A stretch of DNA of 64,000 bases from Candidatus Hydrogenedentota bacterium (GCA_034669905.1 JAXMOL010000003.1:32001-96000), one strand, 5' to 3'; counted from the stretch's first letter, positions 8,929 through 19,916 are shown. Numbers and translations: made by a program. The notes: a model not told the origin generated them from the letters alone.

Positions 8929-9660
8929 TTAGTTCGGGGGTTCTTCGCGCTCCGACTGTACGCGATAGAAGACCTGTCGTTTGCGGAGCCAGGCCACCCC
9001 CACGAGATCGTAGAGTCCACGCCATAGCCGATTGTTGATGCCATACTTGGAAACGCCGGCATGCCGCGGGTGATGGGTCACGGGGCATTCAACGATATCA
9101 AAGCCCTGGGCGCGGAGAAATACTGCCAGGAATCGGTGGAGGCCGTTGAAGGCCACCAAATCGCGGACGCAGTCCCGTCGAAATCCCTTGATGCCGCATC
9201 CCGAATCGCGAATGCCGTCGTGGAGCATGGCGTCGCGCACCGTGTTGGCCACGCGGCTGGACAGGAGGCGGATCCAATGGTCATTGCGGTTGGCGCGATA
9301 GCCACACACGCAGTCGTGTTCTTCGAGTAGCTCCAGGAAGCGGGGGAAATCGGTGGGGTCATTCTGCAGATCGCCGTCGAGGGTCAGGATAACATCGCCC
9401 CGGGCCCGGCGCATGCCCGCCACGAGTGCGGCGGACTGACCAAAATTGCCATCCATATGGATCGGGCGTATGGCCGGATTGCGTGCGGCAGCCGCGTCGA
9501 GACGGGCGGCGGTGGCGTCGGTACTTCCGTCGTTGACCAGCAGACATTCGTAGTCATAGTCGGGCAGGGCGGCAAATACCCCTTCGATTTTCTCGATCAG
9601 GGGGTCGATATTGTCCTCTTCATTGTAAAAAGGGACGACGACGCTGGCGATTTTGGGCAT
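8929..9660 (-). CDS. Glycosyltransferase family 2 (ArnC/polyprenol-phosphate glycosyltransferase-like)
   Basis: SVVVPFYNEE, VNDGSTD, NFGQSAA, TLDGDLQNDP, HHPRHAGVSKYG. Confidence 0.92.
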   Translation of the reverse strand: MPKIASVVVPFYNEEDNIDPLIEKIEGVFAALPDYDYECLLVNDGSTDATAARLDAAAARNPAIRPIHMDGNFGQSAALVAGMRRARGDVILTLDGDLQNDPTDFPRFLELLEEHDCVCGYRANRNDHWIRLLSSRVANTVRDAMLHDGIRDSGCGIKGFRRDCVRDLVAFNGLHRFLAVFLRAQGFDIVECPVTHHPRHAGVSKYGINNRLWRGLYDLVGVAWLRKRQVFYRVQSEREEPPN

Positions 9661-9833
9661 AAAACAGGTATCCATCCATTGCGGTCACCTATCATCCCCG
9701 GGGTGGCAAGCTTCGGGTATCGCACAACGGCACGGGCTCGGAGCGACGTGCCCCGTGGAGCCCTGGGGGGGGACGATATGGGACCCATAGTATACCCGAA
9801 ACGGGGCCATCATCGCAGCGGAAGGGGTGTTTT

Positions 9834-12320
9834 TTAGCGCGCGGTGTCGTCCACCGCTTCGGCGATAACCGTGTCGTAGGCTTTCCGGGCGTGATCGTAG
9901 GCGGCCTGGGCGGCGGGTAATTCCTCTTTGCGGATTTGCGTGGATTTCATCTCCCAGCATCGATCCACTGCCGCCCGGCACCATTGGGCACTCCGCTTGG
10001 AGGCCCGAATCGGCTTGTCACCCACCAGCACGTAGATGGGGTTGGTATGGGCCGTCGCGATAATGCGTAAGGCCACCCAACTGGAATGGGGAATGGGATA
10101 GTCAAAGACCACCTCCTGTTCCATTCCGTCTGCCACGATTTCCTGCTGGGCCACCGGATAGCCGTTGACAATCAGTTCGACCGCCACACTGCGGCTATTC
10201 GGGAGCCGGGCTTTTTCCACGTGCCAGTAGGGGCGGCCCATGAATCCGCCGTCGGCAATCTGCGCGCCGGCGTCATCCTGAATTTCCGGCAGGTAGGCGG
10301 CCACATCGGCCCGAACCCGTACCGTGGCGGGCGCCGGGAGATGACGCTCACTCTTATTTTCTCCGAGGAGGACGTCGTCTACCGTAAAGTTATAGATATG
10401 GGAGCGGCCATCCGAGACATAGTTCGCCCCTTCTTTAATGCGTTCCACAAAGCCGTCGAAATCAAGCTGGTCGCCCATCTGGGTATAGCTTCGGGCCATG
10501 CCGATACGGTCATCAAAGATGCAGGGGAAATCGGTTTCCCCGCTGATGGCCGTGCGGAATCCGCTGTTCAGCACGTGGTACCAGATATTCAGTTCCATGT
10601 GGAGGGGCGTGTCGCCTGCCGAAATAAAGTCGGCCGCACCATGGGTCGCCGCGACGATGTATTCGTTGGCCCCGATACCATCAAACTTGGCCATAACGTA
10701 ATTGGGCAGCTCGGTGGTGGGGCTTTCTGGCTCGAGTCCCCAGCCACTGTGCGAATAGCCCACGACGGCGCCCTGTTGTTGCCCCCATTGGAGGACGGGA
10801 AGGGTCCAGCTGGGCCATTCCTCGATAATCGTTGTGCCGGGGTAATCGTCTTCCTTGAGCCGTAAGAGGCAGAGGTGGCCGGCGTGGCTGGAGGGGAAGC
10901 CCGATACTTCCACGTCGTAGCGCATGAGATTCTCTTCGGTGGAAAGGGCATGCACCTTGCCTTCGAAAAAGGTTTTCTGGTGATACCAGCACGGTCCCCA
11001 CGAAAGGACGCAGGAGACGTTCAGGTCTTCGCCCTGGGCCTGGCGGAGCATGGCTTCCGGCCGCACCCCTGCTTCGGGGCTTTCATAGTGACTGCAGCCA
11101 CCGCCATGGACGTGGTGATCCGCGCTGTACCAGCCCTTGGCCTTCATGTGGATCCAGCGCTTGAGTTGGAAGGCTTCGGTGTGGGTTTTGGCGCCTTCGG
11201 GTACGGTAATGGTCCGAGACTGGGGGAGGTACTCCGGGCCACGGGTCCACGTGACGTCGTAGGTGCCAGGGGGGAGCATGACATGTTCGCCATCGGCCCG
11301 ATAGACCTGGGGTTGAAAGAAAAAATCGGGGTAGGTGTCGTCGGTGGCGATGCGGCGGCTCGGCAAGGGATAGACGCCGACCAGGGGCTGACCCGTAAGG
11401 CCGGGGCGGGACCAGGGTTCCTGGAGAGCCTTGTTGTTTCGGTAGTCATCCGGCAGGCGGGGCTTGTCGCTGGTGTCGACCAGGCGCTCAATATTATCCC
11501 GAATGATGAAAGAGGCCATGGCCGGTCCCCCGTCATGGTCCTTCACCCGGAGCTTCACTTTGACCGAGGGCTGGCAATCGAAGAGGACGGTAACGGCGTT
11601 ACGATAGCCGATGTCCTGCGAGCCCTGTCCCACATGAAAGCCGAGTTTGGCTTCCCGGGGTCCCACCTGGTTGGTGTAGACCTGCAAGACCTTGTACTCC
11701 ACCGGAAGCCCCGAGAGGTCGGTGGTGAGGGGACGGTTTTCGTAGAGGCTGAGTTCCAGAAAGCGGTTGGCCACTTGTCCAGGGGAAAGGAGGTTCTTTG
11801 GCTTGGGGTGGGGAGCGCTGCTCGAACGGTGGAGGACTGGCTCCGCGTTGGGGGATTCCCATGCCAGGGGGGCGCGGGTGCCGGATTCGTTGTGGACCTT
11901 GACGAGGAAGCTTTTCCAGCCGCCCTGCTGTAACTGGGCCGCGGCGGGTCCCCGAAGGACCTTGACCCGCGCTTCGGGATTGATATTGATTCCGGCGAGA
12001 CAATAGGGGTCCAGCAGGGCCTGGATCTCCTCGGCCAGCTCAGGGGTGTGGGGCTGGTCTGCCAATGCCTTCAGCCGTGCGGCATCTGCGGGTGCCAGGC
12101 CACTGCCGAGATATTGCAGGGCTTCTGCCAACCGGAGACTGGAGGCCATCAGGGGTTGGACCGGGGCGCCTTGGATAATATCGAGGTCGGCGGGCGTCTC
12201 GCCGACGTGGGGGCCTGGGCGGGTGGAGATACACCCCGGAAGACACAGGGCCACCACGAAGCTGAGGCGGGCAAGGGATTTCCACCGATGCGGCAGGGGT
12301 GAGACACAGATCGGGTTCAT
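9834..12320 (-). CDS. CehA/McbA-family (PHP-like) metallohydrolase, probable lipoprotein
   Basis: GWYSADHHVH metal motif, YSHSGWG, WYHVLNSG...SGETDFPC, AHTNPIYV. Lipobox-like LPGC. GGAGGAG RBS before ATG 12320. Confidence 0.75.
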   Translation of the reverse strand: MNPICVSPLPHRWKSLARLSFVVALCLPGCISTRPGPHVGETPADLDIIQGAPVQPLMASSLRLAEALQYLGSGLAPADAARLKALADQPHTPELAEEIQALLDPYCLAGININPEARVKVLRGPAAAQLQQGGWKSFLVKVHNESGTRAPLAWESPNAEPVLHRSSSAPHPKPKNLLSPGQVANRFLELSLYENRPLTTDLSGLPVEYKVLQVYTNQVGPREAKLGFHVGQGSQDIGYRNAVTVLFDCQPSVKVKLRVKDHDGGPAMASFIIRDNIERLVDTSDKPRLPDDYRNNKALQEPWSRPGLTGQPLVGVYPLPSRRIATDDTYPDFFFQPQVYRADGEHVMLPPGTYDVTWTRGPEYLPQSRTITVPEGAKTHTEAFQLKRWIHMKAKGWYSADHHVHGGGCSHYESPEAGVRPEAMLRQAQGEDLNVSCVLSWGPCWYHQKTFFEGKVHALSTEENLMRYDVEVSGFPSSHAGHLCLLRLKEDDYPGTTIIEEWPSWTLPVLQWGQQQGAVVGYSHSGWGLEPESPTTELPNYVMAKFDGIGANEYIVAATHGAADFISAGDTPLHMELNIWYHVLNSGFRTAISGETDFPCIFDDRIGMARSYTQMGDQLDFDGFVERIKEGANYVSDGRSHIYNFTVDDVLLGENKSERHLPAPATVRVRADVAAYLPEIQDDAGAQIADGGFMGRPYWHVEKARLPNSRSVAVELIVNGYPVAQQEIVADGMEQEVVFDYPIPHSSWVALRIIATAHTNPIYVLVGDKPIRASKRSAQWCRAAVDRCWEMKSTQIRKEELPAAQAAYDHARKAYDTVIAEAVDDTAR

Positions 12321-12439
12321 CTCGGGCTCCTCCAAGTGTGTCGCGCGCCGACCATACCAACCACGGGGCCCGGCGGGCGACAGGATGAATCCCTGTTATA
12401 GTAGTTTGCACCCGCGCTCCATGCAAATCGCCTTCGGTC

Positions 12440-13504
12440 CTAGTGTTGGAGGCTGCTTCGCACCTGGTCAATGGCTTGGGCGATGGTCATGAAGGCGCCG
12501 ACGACCGCCGGATCAAAATGACTTCCACTGTCCTTCTCCAGGATGCTGCAGGCTTTCTCGTGGGAGAAGGCCTCTTTGTAGCAGCGCTTGCTCGTCAGGG
12601 CATCGTAGACATCCGACACGGCCATGATACGTGCGCAGAGGGGAATGGTATCGCCGGAGAGGCCCTCGGGATAGCCGGCCCCGTTCCACCGCTCGTGGTG
12701 GAAGCGGGCGATCTCGTGACCCATATTCAGAAAAAAGTTGTGGGGGTACTGGCGGGCGACGGCGGAAAGGGTGTCGGCACCGTGGGCCGCGTGGCTTTGC
12801 ATAAGGGCAAACTCTGCTTCCGTGAGTCGTCCCGGCTTTTTCAGGACCGCGTCGGGTATGGCTACCTTTCCGATGTCGTGCAGCGGGCTGGCCCAATAAA
12901 TCGTCTCGATATAGTCTGCATCGATGGTATCCCGAAACGCGGGCGTGGTCGACAGCTCGGTGGCCAGCATTTTGCAATAGGTCTGCGTGCGCTCCAGGTG
13001 CTTTCCCGTGTCGTCATCCCGGGATTCGGCCAGTTTGGATAGGGCGAGGATGGCCGCGCGGTGGGCATCGTTAATCTCTTCAACTTGCTGGTCGACCTGG
13101 CCCTGCAGGTCGTCCCGGTGCCGCTTCAATTCGAGGTGGTTCTTGATGCGCATCTTCACGATTGCCGGGCGGAAGGGCTTGGTGACATAGTCCACCGCAC
13201 CCAGATCGAGGCCCCGGGCTTCGTCCTGTTCATCGGAGCGGGCGGTAATAAATACGATGGGGATGTTACGGGTCCGGGTACGTTCCCGAAGGCGACGGCA
13301 TACTTCGTAGCCATCGATGCCCGGCATGACGATGTCGAGGAGGATGATGTCGGGGGCCGGGGTACCCGCAGCCAACGACAGGGCCCGCTCGCCGCTGGTG
13401 GCCGCGATGACGGCGTAGTCGTCTTTCAATACGGCCATCAGAATTTGAATGTTTTCCGGGGTGTCGTCAACGATGAGAATACGTGGTTTCGCGGTAACAG
13501 ACAT
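12440..13504 (-). CDS. Response regulator with HD-GYP c-di-GMP phosphodiesterase domain (RpfG-like)
   Basis: REC (ILIVDD, LLDIVMP, VTKPF) plus LHDIGK, HHERWNGAGYP, DVYDALTSKRCYK. Confidence 0.93.
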   Translation of the reverse strand: MSVTAKPRILIVDDTPENIQILMAVLKDDYAVIAATSGERALSLAAGTPAPDIILLDIVMPGIDGYEVCRRLRERTRTRNIPIVFITARSDEQDEARGLDLGAVDYVTKPFRPAIVKMRIKNHLELKRHRDDLQGQVDQQVEEINDAHRAAILALSKLAESRDDDTGKHLERTQTYCKMLATELSTTPAFRDTIDADYIETIYWASPLHDIGKVAIPDAVLKKPGRLTEAEFALMQSHAAHGADTLSAVARQYPHNFFLNMGHEIARFHHERWNGAGYPEGLSGDTIPLCARIMAVSDVYDALTSKRCYKEAFSHEKACSILEKDSGSHFDPAVVGAFMTIAQAIDQVRSSLQH

Positions 13505-13511
13505 GAATTCC

Positions 13512-16500
13512 TTATCCTTCCAGGTTGCCCTGGAGGGCCTTTTTTCGCAGGGTCGCCAGCACGTGATGGGCCGCATCAATATCGAAGGTGCCCAGGTGGG
13601 TGTCCAAGGTGGTCATATCCTCATCCAGGGCCGTGCGATGAAGGAGGGTTTTGAGTTGCTCCACCGACTGCATCGCTTCTCCCAGATCACTATCCAGCAA
13701 AGTCTTCAGTTCATCCAGGCGCCGCACCAGTTCCTCCGGTGAAAGAGACGGTTTCCCCCCGGCATCTGATGGGTCATGGGGCTCGGGGAATCGGGCATCA
13801 ATGAGGGCGACGGTCGCCTCCAGCGGTTCCCGAAAGGCGTCCAACGCCGGGCCGATCCCCTCCGGGTCATCGTGATGGAGCGCGGACTCCAATTCGATAG
13901 CGGCACGATATACACGGTTCGCACTCAGGTTGCCCGCGAGGCCCTTTACCGCATGGGTCAGCGCACCCACAGCCTGAAGGTCGCCCGACTCATGGTGGCT
14001 TTGAAGGGTCCGGTCCACGGTACCGTAGGTGACACAAAACTGGCGCAGCAACTTCGCGTACAATTCCCCGTTACCCATCATGCGGTCCAGCCCTTCGGAA
14101 AAAAGGATCTCCGGCGTGTCCTGCCACCGGTCTTCCACTTCCGTCGTGACCGCGGCATCCGCCTCATGGACCGCGGGGTCACCGGGTGTACCATTCGTGG
14201 GCACCCAGGGGGCCAGGGCCTGGAAAAGTTGGCGCGGGTCGATGGGCTTGGTGACGTAATCATTCATCCCCGCTGCCAGACACTTCTCCCGATCACCGAC
14301 CAACGCGTTGGCGGTCATCGCGACGATCGGCAGCCCAGCGTGACGGGGATCCTTTCGCAATGCCCGGGTGGCGGTGTAGCCATCCATGACCGGCATCTGG
14401 CAATCCATCAGGACGGCATCGAACGTTTCCCGATCGAGCCGCGCGATGGCGTCGGCCCCGTGGCTGGCCAGCGACACGATCACGCCCGCCATCTGAAGCA
14501 GTTCCTCGGCGACCTGCCGATTAATCTCATTGTCTTCTACCAGCAATACGCGCATCCCGGAAAGGTTGGCCCCGGCTTCTTTCTCACGGGTCCCATTGCC
14601 GCCCTGGTTCTCTTCCAGCTCTTCCGCCCCCAGGACCGACGCCACGGTGTCGAAGAGGGTGCTGGCTGTCACCGGCTTCAAGAGCACGGCATCAAGTTCA
14701 CTGGCCTGGGCATGCTCCCAGACGGCGTCTCGGCCAAAGGCGGTTACGAGTACGATGCGGGGCACCTTCCCCGTGGCGGCGTTCGCCCGGATGTGTCGCG
14801 CGGCCTCAATGCCATTCATGCCCGGCAACTTCCAATCCATCAGGATAAGGTCAAAGGGGGTGTCGTTTTCATCCCACGTCAATTGGGCGATGGCCTCCTC
14901 TGCGGTCACGGCGCAGGTAACGTCGAAGGAAAAGGAACGGAGGATGTGACGGAGGATCTTGCGTGCGGTGCCGTTGTCGTCTACCACCAGCACGCGAAGG
15001 CCCTGGAGCTCGTGGAGAGACAGGGCCCGGCGTTGCAGCGTGGGGTCGCTTGATGGTTTTCCGAAGGTAACGGTGAAGCTGAAGGTGGTGCCCTGTCCCG
15101 GGGTGCTCTTTACCCCGATCTCCCCCCCCATAAGATGGACGAGCCGTCGACTGATAGTGAGGCCGAGGCCGGTGCCGCCATAGCGGCGGGTAGTGGAGGA
15201 GTCTGCCTGGGTGAAGGGCTGAAAGAGCCGCCCCATCTCCTCCTCCGACATGCCTATGCCCTGATCCCGTACCGAGATCTGGAGTTGGCAGTTTTCATCG
15301 GTACATTCCAGGGCGACAATCTCGATGACGATATCGCCCTGCTCCGTGAACTTGATGGCGTTGGAAGCCAGGTTAATCAAGACCTGGCCCAGACGCAGCG
15401 GATCCCCCATCAGGGCCCGGGGCACGTCCGGCGCGATATCAAAGAGCACTTCCAGTGTCGGCTTGTCCATGACCCGGGCAGCCGTTACCGTCGCCAGATT
15501 ATCGAGGACGTCATCGAGGTCGAAAAGAATCGTTTCGATTTCGAGCCGCCCCGCTTCAATCTTGGAAAAGTCGAGCACGTCATTGATGATGCCCAGGAGG
15601 GCATTGGCACTGGATTGTATGCGGGTCAGGTAGTCCTGCTGCTTTTGGGAAAGCTCTGTCTTGAGGGCGAGATGGGAGAGGCCGATCACCGCGTTCATCG
15701 GAGTACGAATTTCGTGAGACATGTTCGCCAGGAAGTCACTCTTCGCACGGTTGCCCACTTCCGCCGCTTCCATCGCCTCCTGCAACTTGCGCTCCACTTC
15801 CTTGCGTTCCGTGACATCCTGGGCGACCACGATGGCCCGTGGCTGGTGATCGTAGTTGTCGGTGAAGGGGTACATGGTCACTTCACAGATGCGCTCGCCC
15901 AGTGTGGCAAAGGTCATGGTCGATTCATAGGCGATTCGCTCGCCCTGAAAGCAGCGCTCCAGTCGCGGTTGGATGCCGTCGCGGGCGATTTCCGGCCCCC
16001 ATACGGTGGCCACATCGGCTCCGATGGCCTGTTCCCGGGTGAGACCGGTGGCCAGGCACCATTCGTCGTTTACCGCCTCATAGCGGCCCGATGCATCGAC
16101 CACACTCATCATGGATTTCACGGTGTTGATGATAAACTCATAGCGCCGCAGGTTGTCGGCTGTATAGCGCTGGGCCGTGACATCGTTGCCCACACAGAGG
16201 ATCTCTTCCAGTTTGCCCGCCTGGTCGTAGCGGGGGCAGTTGGTCCAGGCGATCCAGACCCGCCGTCCATCTTTGGTCTGGTTTTCGTTTTCGTTGACCG
16301 CGAATCGTTCCGGGTTCTCTCCCAGGGATTCCATGGCCTGCCGTAAATTTCTGCCCGCCGAATCGCTCTCCGGGACGATGGTGCCCACAATATTCTCGCC
16401 CAGGAGTTCGTCCGGGGTATACCCGAAAAACTGGACGCCATACCGATTCAGAAAGAGGACGCGGCCATCGGGTGCCATACGTAAAATGATGCTGTTCGCA

Positions 16501-18185
16501 CTTTGAACGAGGGAGCGATACTCTTCTTCACTGGCCTGCAGGGCGGATTCGGTGGCCAGACGGGCCTGGATTTCACGGCGTAGCCGCCGGTTGTGAAAGG
16601 CGATGAAGGCGATGATGGGCAGGAATATGCCAATGACCGCGGCGATAAGCAGCAGCGCGCGGGACCAGTCCAGGCGGGGCTGAATGTCCACATCCACCCA
16701 CTTGCGGCGAATCGCCAGGACTTCCTCCTCGGAAAGAGCGTTGATGCCTTTGTTCAGAATGGTCACCAGTTCCGGCCAGTCTTTCCGCACCCCGAAATGC
16801 AACTCCTGGGTCCCCTCGCCCACGGGTACGGCCAGGCGGAGATTGCTCAGTCCCAGTTGCTGGATCCAATAGGCGCTTGTCGCTGCGTTGCCCACTGCGC
16901 AGTCCGTCTCTCCCTGGGCCACCGCCGTGAGGGCCTCCGTAAAGGTCGGGTAGAAGACCGGTTCCAGCGGGGTGCGCTGGGTCACAAACTGGTGGTGGGA
17001 AGAGTGTTCCTGCACCGCTGCCCGGAGTCCGGAAAGTTCCTTTACCGCGCCAAGAAATGGCGTGTCCAGCCGGGTAATGATGACCCGGTGAAAGGACAGA
17101 TAGGGCCGCGTGTAATTGAGAAATGTCTCCCGCTCGGGATCCTTCCCGATGCAGGGAAGAACGTCGAGCGCGCCGGAACGGGCCTTAGCTACCGCTTCCG
17201 GCCAGGAACTCCGATGGGCGACCTGCATGTTGGTCCCCAGCCGCTCATTGAGCAGGGCGATATAGTCCGACGCCATACCCCGGTAGTTGCCATCCTGCCC
17301 GACGAATTCAAAGGGGGCGAATTCCGGGTCGATGCCCAGGCGGATTACGGGGTGGGCCGCGATCCAGTCCCGCTCGGCACGGGTAAGGGCCACCGATTCT
17401 TTGGCCGAAACATAGCGCCCGATTATGGCCCGCTTTTCCGCAGCGGGTAGGGCAGCAATGGCTTTATTCAGGATACTAACCAGTTCGGGGGCACTCTTCC
17501 GCACGCCGATGGAAATCTCCAGGGCGCCCAGGTCGGCGTAGGGACCCTGGCGGATTCCCGGCAGCACGTTCTCATCGATGAGGTAGGAGGCCACCGCCAC
17601 ATTGCCGATGTAGGCATCGGCCGAGCCCGACGACACACTGAGCAGGGCCTGCAACGAGTTTTCGACCAGGACCAGATCAAAATTCGGGTAGTTGGTCTTC
17701 AGGAACTCGTGCTCGTAATAATCCCGCTCCACGGCGATGCGGTAGCCCTGGAGGTCGTCTAATTGAGCGACATCCGGCAGGGCCTGGTGGGTAAAAATCG
17801 CGTGGGGAAAACTGAAGGTGGGATCGGTGAAGTGCAGGGCCTTTCGTCGCGCGTCGGAAGCCTGCATGCCGGCGCACAAATCCAATTCGCCGCTCCGCAG
17901 TTGCTGGTACAGGTCGACCCACTTACCGGGCACCGCTTCAAGCTGAAATCCGGCCAGGCCGGCGAGATGACGCAGGAGATCGGCGTCAATGCCCACGTAG
18001 CGTCCCTGGGAATCCACCCAATCAAAGGGGGGCCAGTCGGGAACTGCCGCAACCCGGAGCACGGGATGGGCAGCAATCCAGGCCACTTCTTCTTCGCTGA
18101 GGGAAAGGGGGGTGCTCGGTTGTGCGGTGGCGATGCCGTGGAACCCGACGCTCATCGCCAGGATGACGAGGGCTATCCGGGCCAT
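13512..18185 (-). CDS. BvgS/EvgS-like hybrid sensor kinase (2 periplasmic solute-binding domains, TM, 2 PAS, HisKA, HATPase, 2 REC, HPt)
   Basis: Repeated (E/D)WIAAHPV(L/I)R...PF SBP_bac_3 modules, FLANMSHEIRTPMN, GGTGLGL, LMDWKLP, LMDCQMP, THAVKG. Alternative GTG start at 18230. Confidence 0.92.
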   Translation of the reverse strand: MARIALVILAMSVGFHGIATAQPSTPLSLSEEEVAWIAAHPVLRVAAVPDWPPFDWVDSQGRYVGIDADLLRHLAGLAGFQLEAVPGKWVDLYQQLRSGELDLCAGMQASDARRKALHFTDPTFSFPHAIFTHQALPDVAQLDDLQGYRIAVERDYYEHEFLKTNYPNFDLVLVENSLQALLSVSSGSADAYIGNVAVASYLIDENVLPGIRQGPYADLGALEISIGVRKSAPELVSILNKAIAALPAAEKRAIIGRYVSAKESVALTRAERDWIAAHPVIRLGIDPEFAPFEFVGQDGNYRGMASDYIALLNERLGTNMQVAHRSSWPEAVAKARSGALDVLPCIGKDPERETFLNYTRPYLSFHRVIITRLDTPFLGAVKELSGLRAAVQEHSSHHQFVTQRTPLEPVFYPTFTEALTAVAQGETDCAVGNAATSAYWIQQLGLSNLRLAVPVGEGTQELHFGVRKDWPELVTILNKGINALSEEEVLAIRRKWVDVDIQPRLDWSRALLLIAAVIGIFLPIIAFIAFHNRRLRREIQARLATESALQASEEEYRSLVQSANSIILRMAPDGRVLFLNRYGVQFFGYTPDELLGENIVGTIVPESDSAGRNLRQAMESLGENPERFAVNENENQTKDGRRVWIAWTNCPRYDQAGKLEEILCVGNDVTAQRYTADNLRRYEFIINTVKSMMSVVDASGRYEAVNDEWCLATGLTREQAIGADVATVWGPEIARDGIQPRLERCFQGERIAYESTMTFATLGERICEVTMYPFTDNYDHQPRAIVVAQDVTERKEVERKLQEAMEAAEVGNRAKSDFLANMSHEIRTPMNAVIGLSHLALKTELSQKQQDYLTRIQSSANALLGIINDVLDFSKIEAGRLEIETILFDLDDVLDNLATVTAARVMDKPTLEVLFDIAPDVPRALMGDPLRLGQVLINLASNAIKFTEQGDIVIEIVALECTDENCQLQISVRDQGIGMSEEEMGRLFQPFTQADSSTTRRYGGTGLGLTISRRLVHLMGGEIGVKSTPGQGTTFSFTVTFGKPSSDPTLQRRALSLHELQGLRVLVVDDNGTARKILRHILRSFSFDVTCAVTAEEAIAQLTWDENDTPFDLILMDWKLPGMNGIEAARHIRANAATGKVPRIVLVTAFGRDAVWEHAQASELDAVLLKPVTASTLFDTVASVLGAEELEENQGGNGTREKEAGANLSGMRVLLVEDNEINRQVAEELLQMAGVIVSLASHGADAIARLDRETFDAVLMDCQMPVMDGYTATRALRKDPRHAGLPIVAMTANALVGDREKCLAAGMNDYVTKPIDPRQLFQALAPWVPTNGTPGDPAVHEADAAVTTEVEDRWQDTPEILFSEGLDRMMGNGELYAKLLRQFCVTYGTVDRTLQSHHESGDLQAVGALTHAVKGLAGNLSANRVYRAAIELESALHHDDPEGIGPALDAFREPLEATVALIDARFPEPHDPSDAGGKPSLSPEELVRRLDELKTLLDSDLGEAMQSVEQLKTLLHRTALDEDMTTLDTHLGTFDIDAAHHVLATLRKKALQGNLEG

Positions 18186-18705
18186 GCATCGGGACCTACC
18201 GCCCTCCGTATTTGCCAATGTGTAGAGCACGGCCGCCCTCCGAAGATATCTGCCAGGCTATCCCCGATGACCATCGCGTCGACTCAGCGCACTCGGGGAA
18301 AGGACTCGCCATAGGGTATACCACAGCCCGGGGCAATCCCGCAACGAATACCACGAATATGACAATAGATTACCCGGGTTTGCGGCTCTTTACGGATATG
18401 TTCGCTATCGGTTATGTGGCGCCTCCCCACCCCTCCCGCGATGCCGCGGCCCCCATCGCCAAGATCCCTTGTGGAAACGGGAGGCCTGTGCTACGGTGAT
18501 GAGGGTGCTGGAAGTTGGGGGGAGGCGTCAGGTGAAGCGGGCTGTCTTGGGTCGTAGGCGCGCTTATTCCTGAAGGTTATGACGCAGGGTATGGGTGCGT
18601 GATGGGCGATGCCTGGCGATGATTGTGCTGTCGCGCCACAAGTGAACCTTGTGTGCGCATTGGTCTGAGATCCTTTCAATCACACTGGAAAACGGAGAGA
18701 GCAAA

Positions 18706-19893
18706 ATGGCGAGTAACAGAGGTGTTGCATACATTAAGCCCGGCGTCGTCGAAGTGCAGGGTATCGATTTTCCGGAATTGGCCCTGGGCAGCCGTCGCTG
18801 TGATCACGGCGTTATGCTGAAAATTGTCTCCACCAATATCTGTGGCAGTGACCAGCACATGGTCCGGGGTCGTACCACGGCGCCGGAAGGGCTCGTGTTG
18901 GGCCATGAAATCACCGGCGAAATCCTGGAGTGTGGCCGGGATGTGGAGTTCCTGAGCGTGGGCGATATCGTCTCCGTGCCCTTCAACATTGCCTGTGGCC
19001 GGTGTCGCAATTGCAAAGAAGGCAAGACGGGCATCTGTCTCAACGTCAATCCGGCCCGTCCCGGCGCGGCCTATGGCTACGTGGATATGGGCGGTTGGGT
19101 CGGCGGTCAGGCCGAATATGTCATGGTGCCCTATGCCGATTTTAATCTCCTCAAATTCCCGGACAAAGACCAGGCCCTGGCCAAAATAAAAGACCTGACA
19201 CTCTTGTCGGATATTTTCCCCACGGGCTACCACGGTGCCGTGACCGCTGGCGTCGGACCCGGCTCCATTGTTTACGTGGCGGGTGCCGGGCCGGTCGGGT
19301 TGGCCTGCGCGGCCTCCTGTCACCTGCTCGGTGCGGCCTGCGTCATCGTGGGCGACATGATCGACGAGCGGCTGGCCCAGGCGCGGAGCTTCGGCTGTGA
19401 AACGGTGGACCTGAAAAAGAGCGCATCGCTCGCCGAACAGATTGAGCAGATCGTCGGTGAACCCGAAGTGGATGCCGCCGTGGACTGCGTCGGCTTTGAA
19501 GCCCGGGGCCACGGTGACGGCCACGTGAAAGAACAGCCCGCCACGGTGTTGAATGCGGTGATGGAAGTCACCCGCGCGGGCGGCGCGATTGGTATCCCGG
19601 GACTCTACGTGACCGGTGACCCCGGTGGTGTGGATGACAACGCCAAGGTGGGTAACCTGGGCATCCGCATCGGACTCGGCTGGGCCAAGTCGCACTGTTT
19701 CTGCACCGGGCAGTGTCCTGTGATGAAATACCACCGCCAACTGATGCAGGCCATTCTTTACGACAAGATCGACATCGCCAAGGCGGTCAACGTACAGACC
19801 ATAACCCTCGACGAAGCTCCCAAAGGCTACGACGATTTCGACAAGGGCGCAGCGAAGAAATACGTCATCGACCCCCATGCCATGATTTCCTGA
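18706..19893 (+). CDS. fdhA: Glutathione-independent formaldehyde dehydrogenase (Zn-dependent MDR family)
   Basis: MASNRGVAY, STNICGSDQH, LGHEITGE, CGRCRNC, LSDIFPTGYHGA, GWAKSH. Confidence 0.93.
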   Translation: MASNRGVAYIKPGVVEVQGIDFPELALGSRRCDHGVMLKIVSTNICGSDQHMVRGRTTAPEGLVLGHEITGEILECGRDVEFLSVGDIVSVPFNIACGRCRNCKEGKTGICLNVNPARPGAAYGYVDMGGWVGGQAEYVMVPYADFNLLKFPDKDQALAKIKDLTLLSDIFPTGYHGAVTAGVGPGSIVYVAGAGPVGLACAASCHLLGAACVIVGDMIDERLAQARSFGCETVDLKKSASLAEQIEQIVGEPEVDAAVDCVGFEARGHGDGHVKEQPATVLNAVMEVTRAGGAIGIPGLYVTGDPGGVDDNAKVGNLGIRIGLGWAKSHCFCTGQCPVMKYHRQLMQAILYDKIDIAKAVNVQTITLDEAPKGYDDFDKGAAKKYVIDPHAMIS

Positions 19894-19916
19894 GGAAATT
19901 TTCAAAAGGCCACACC

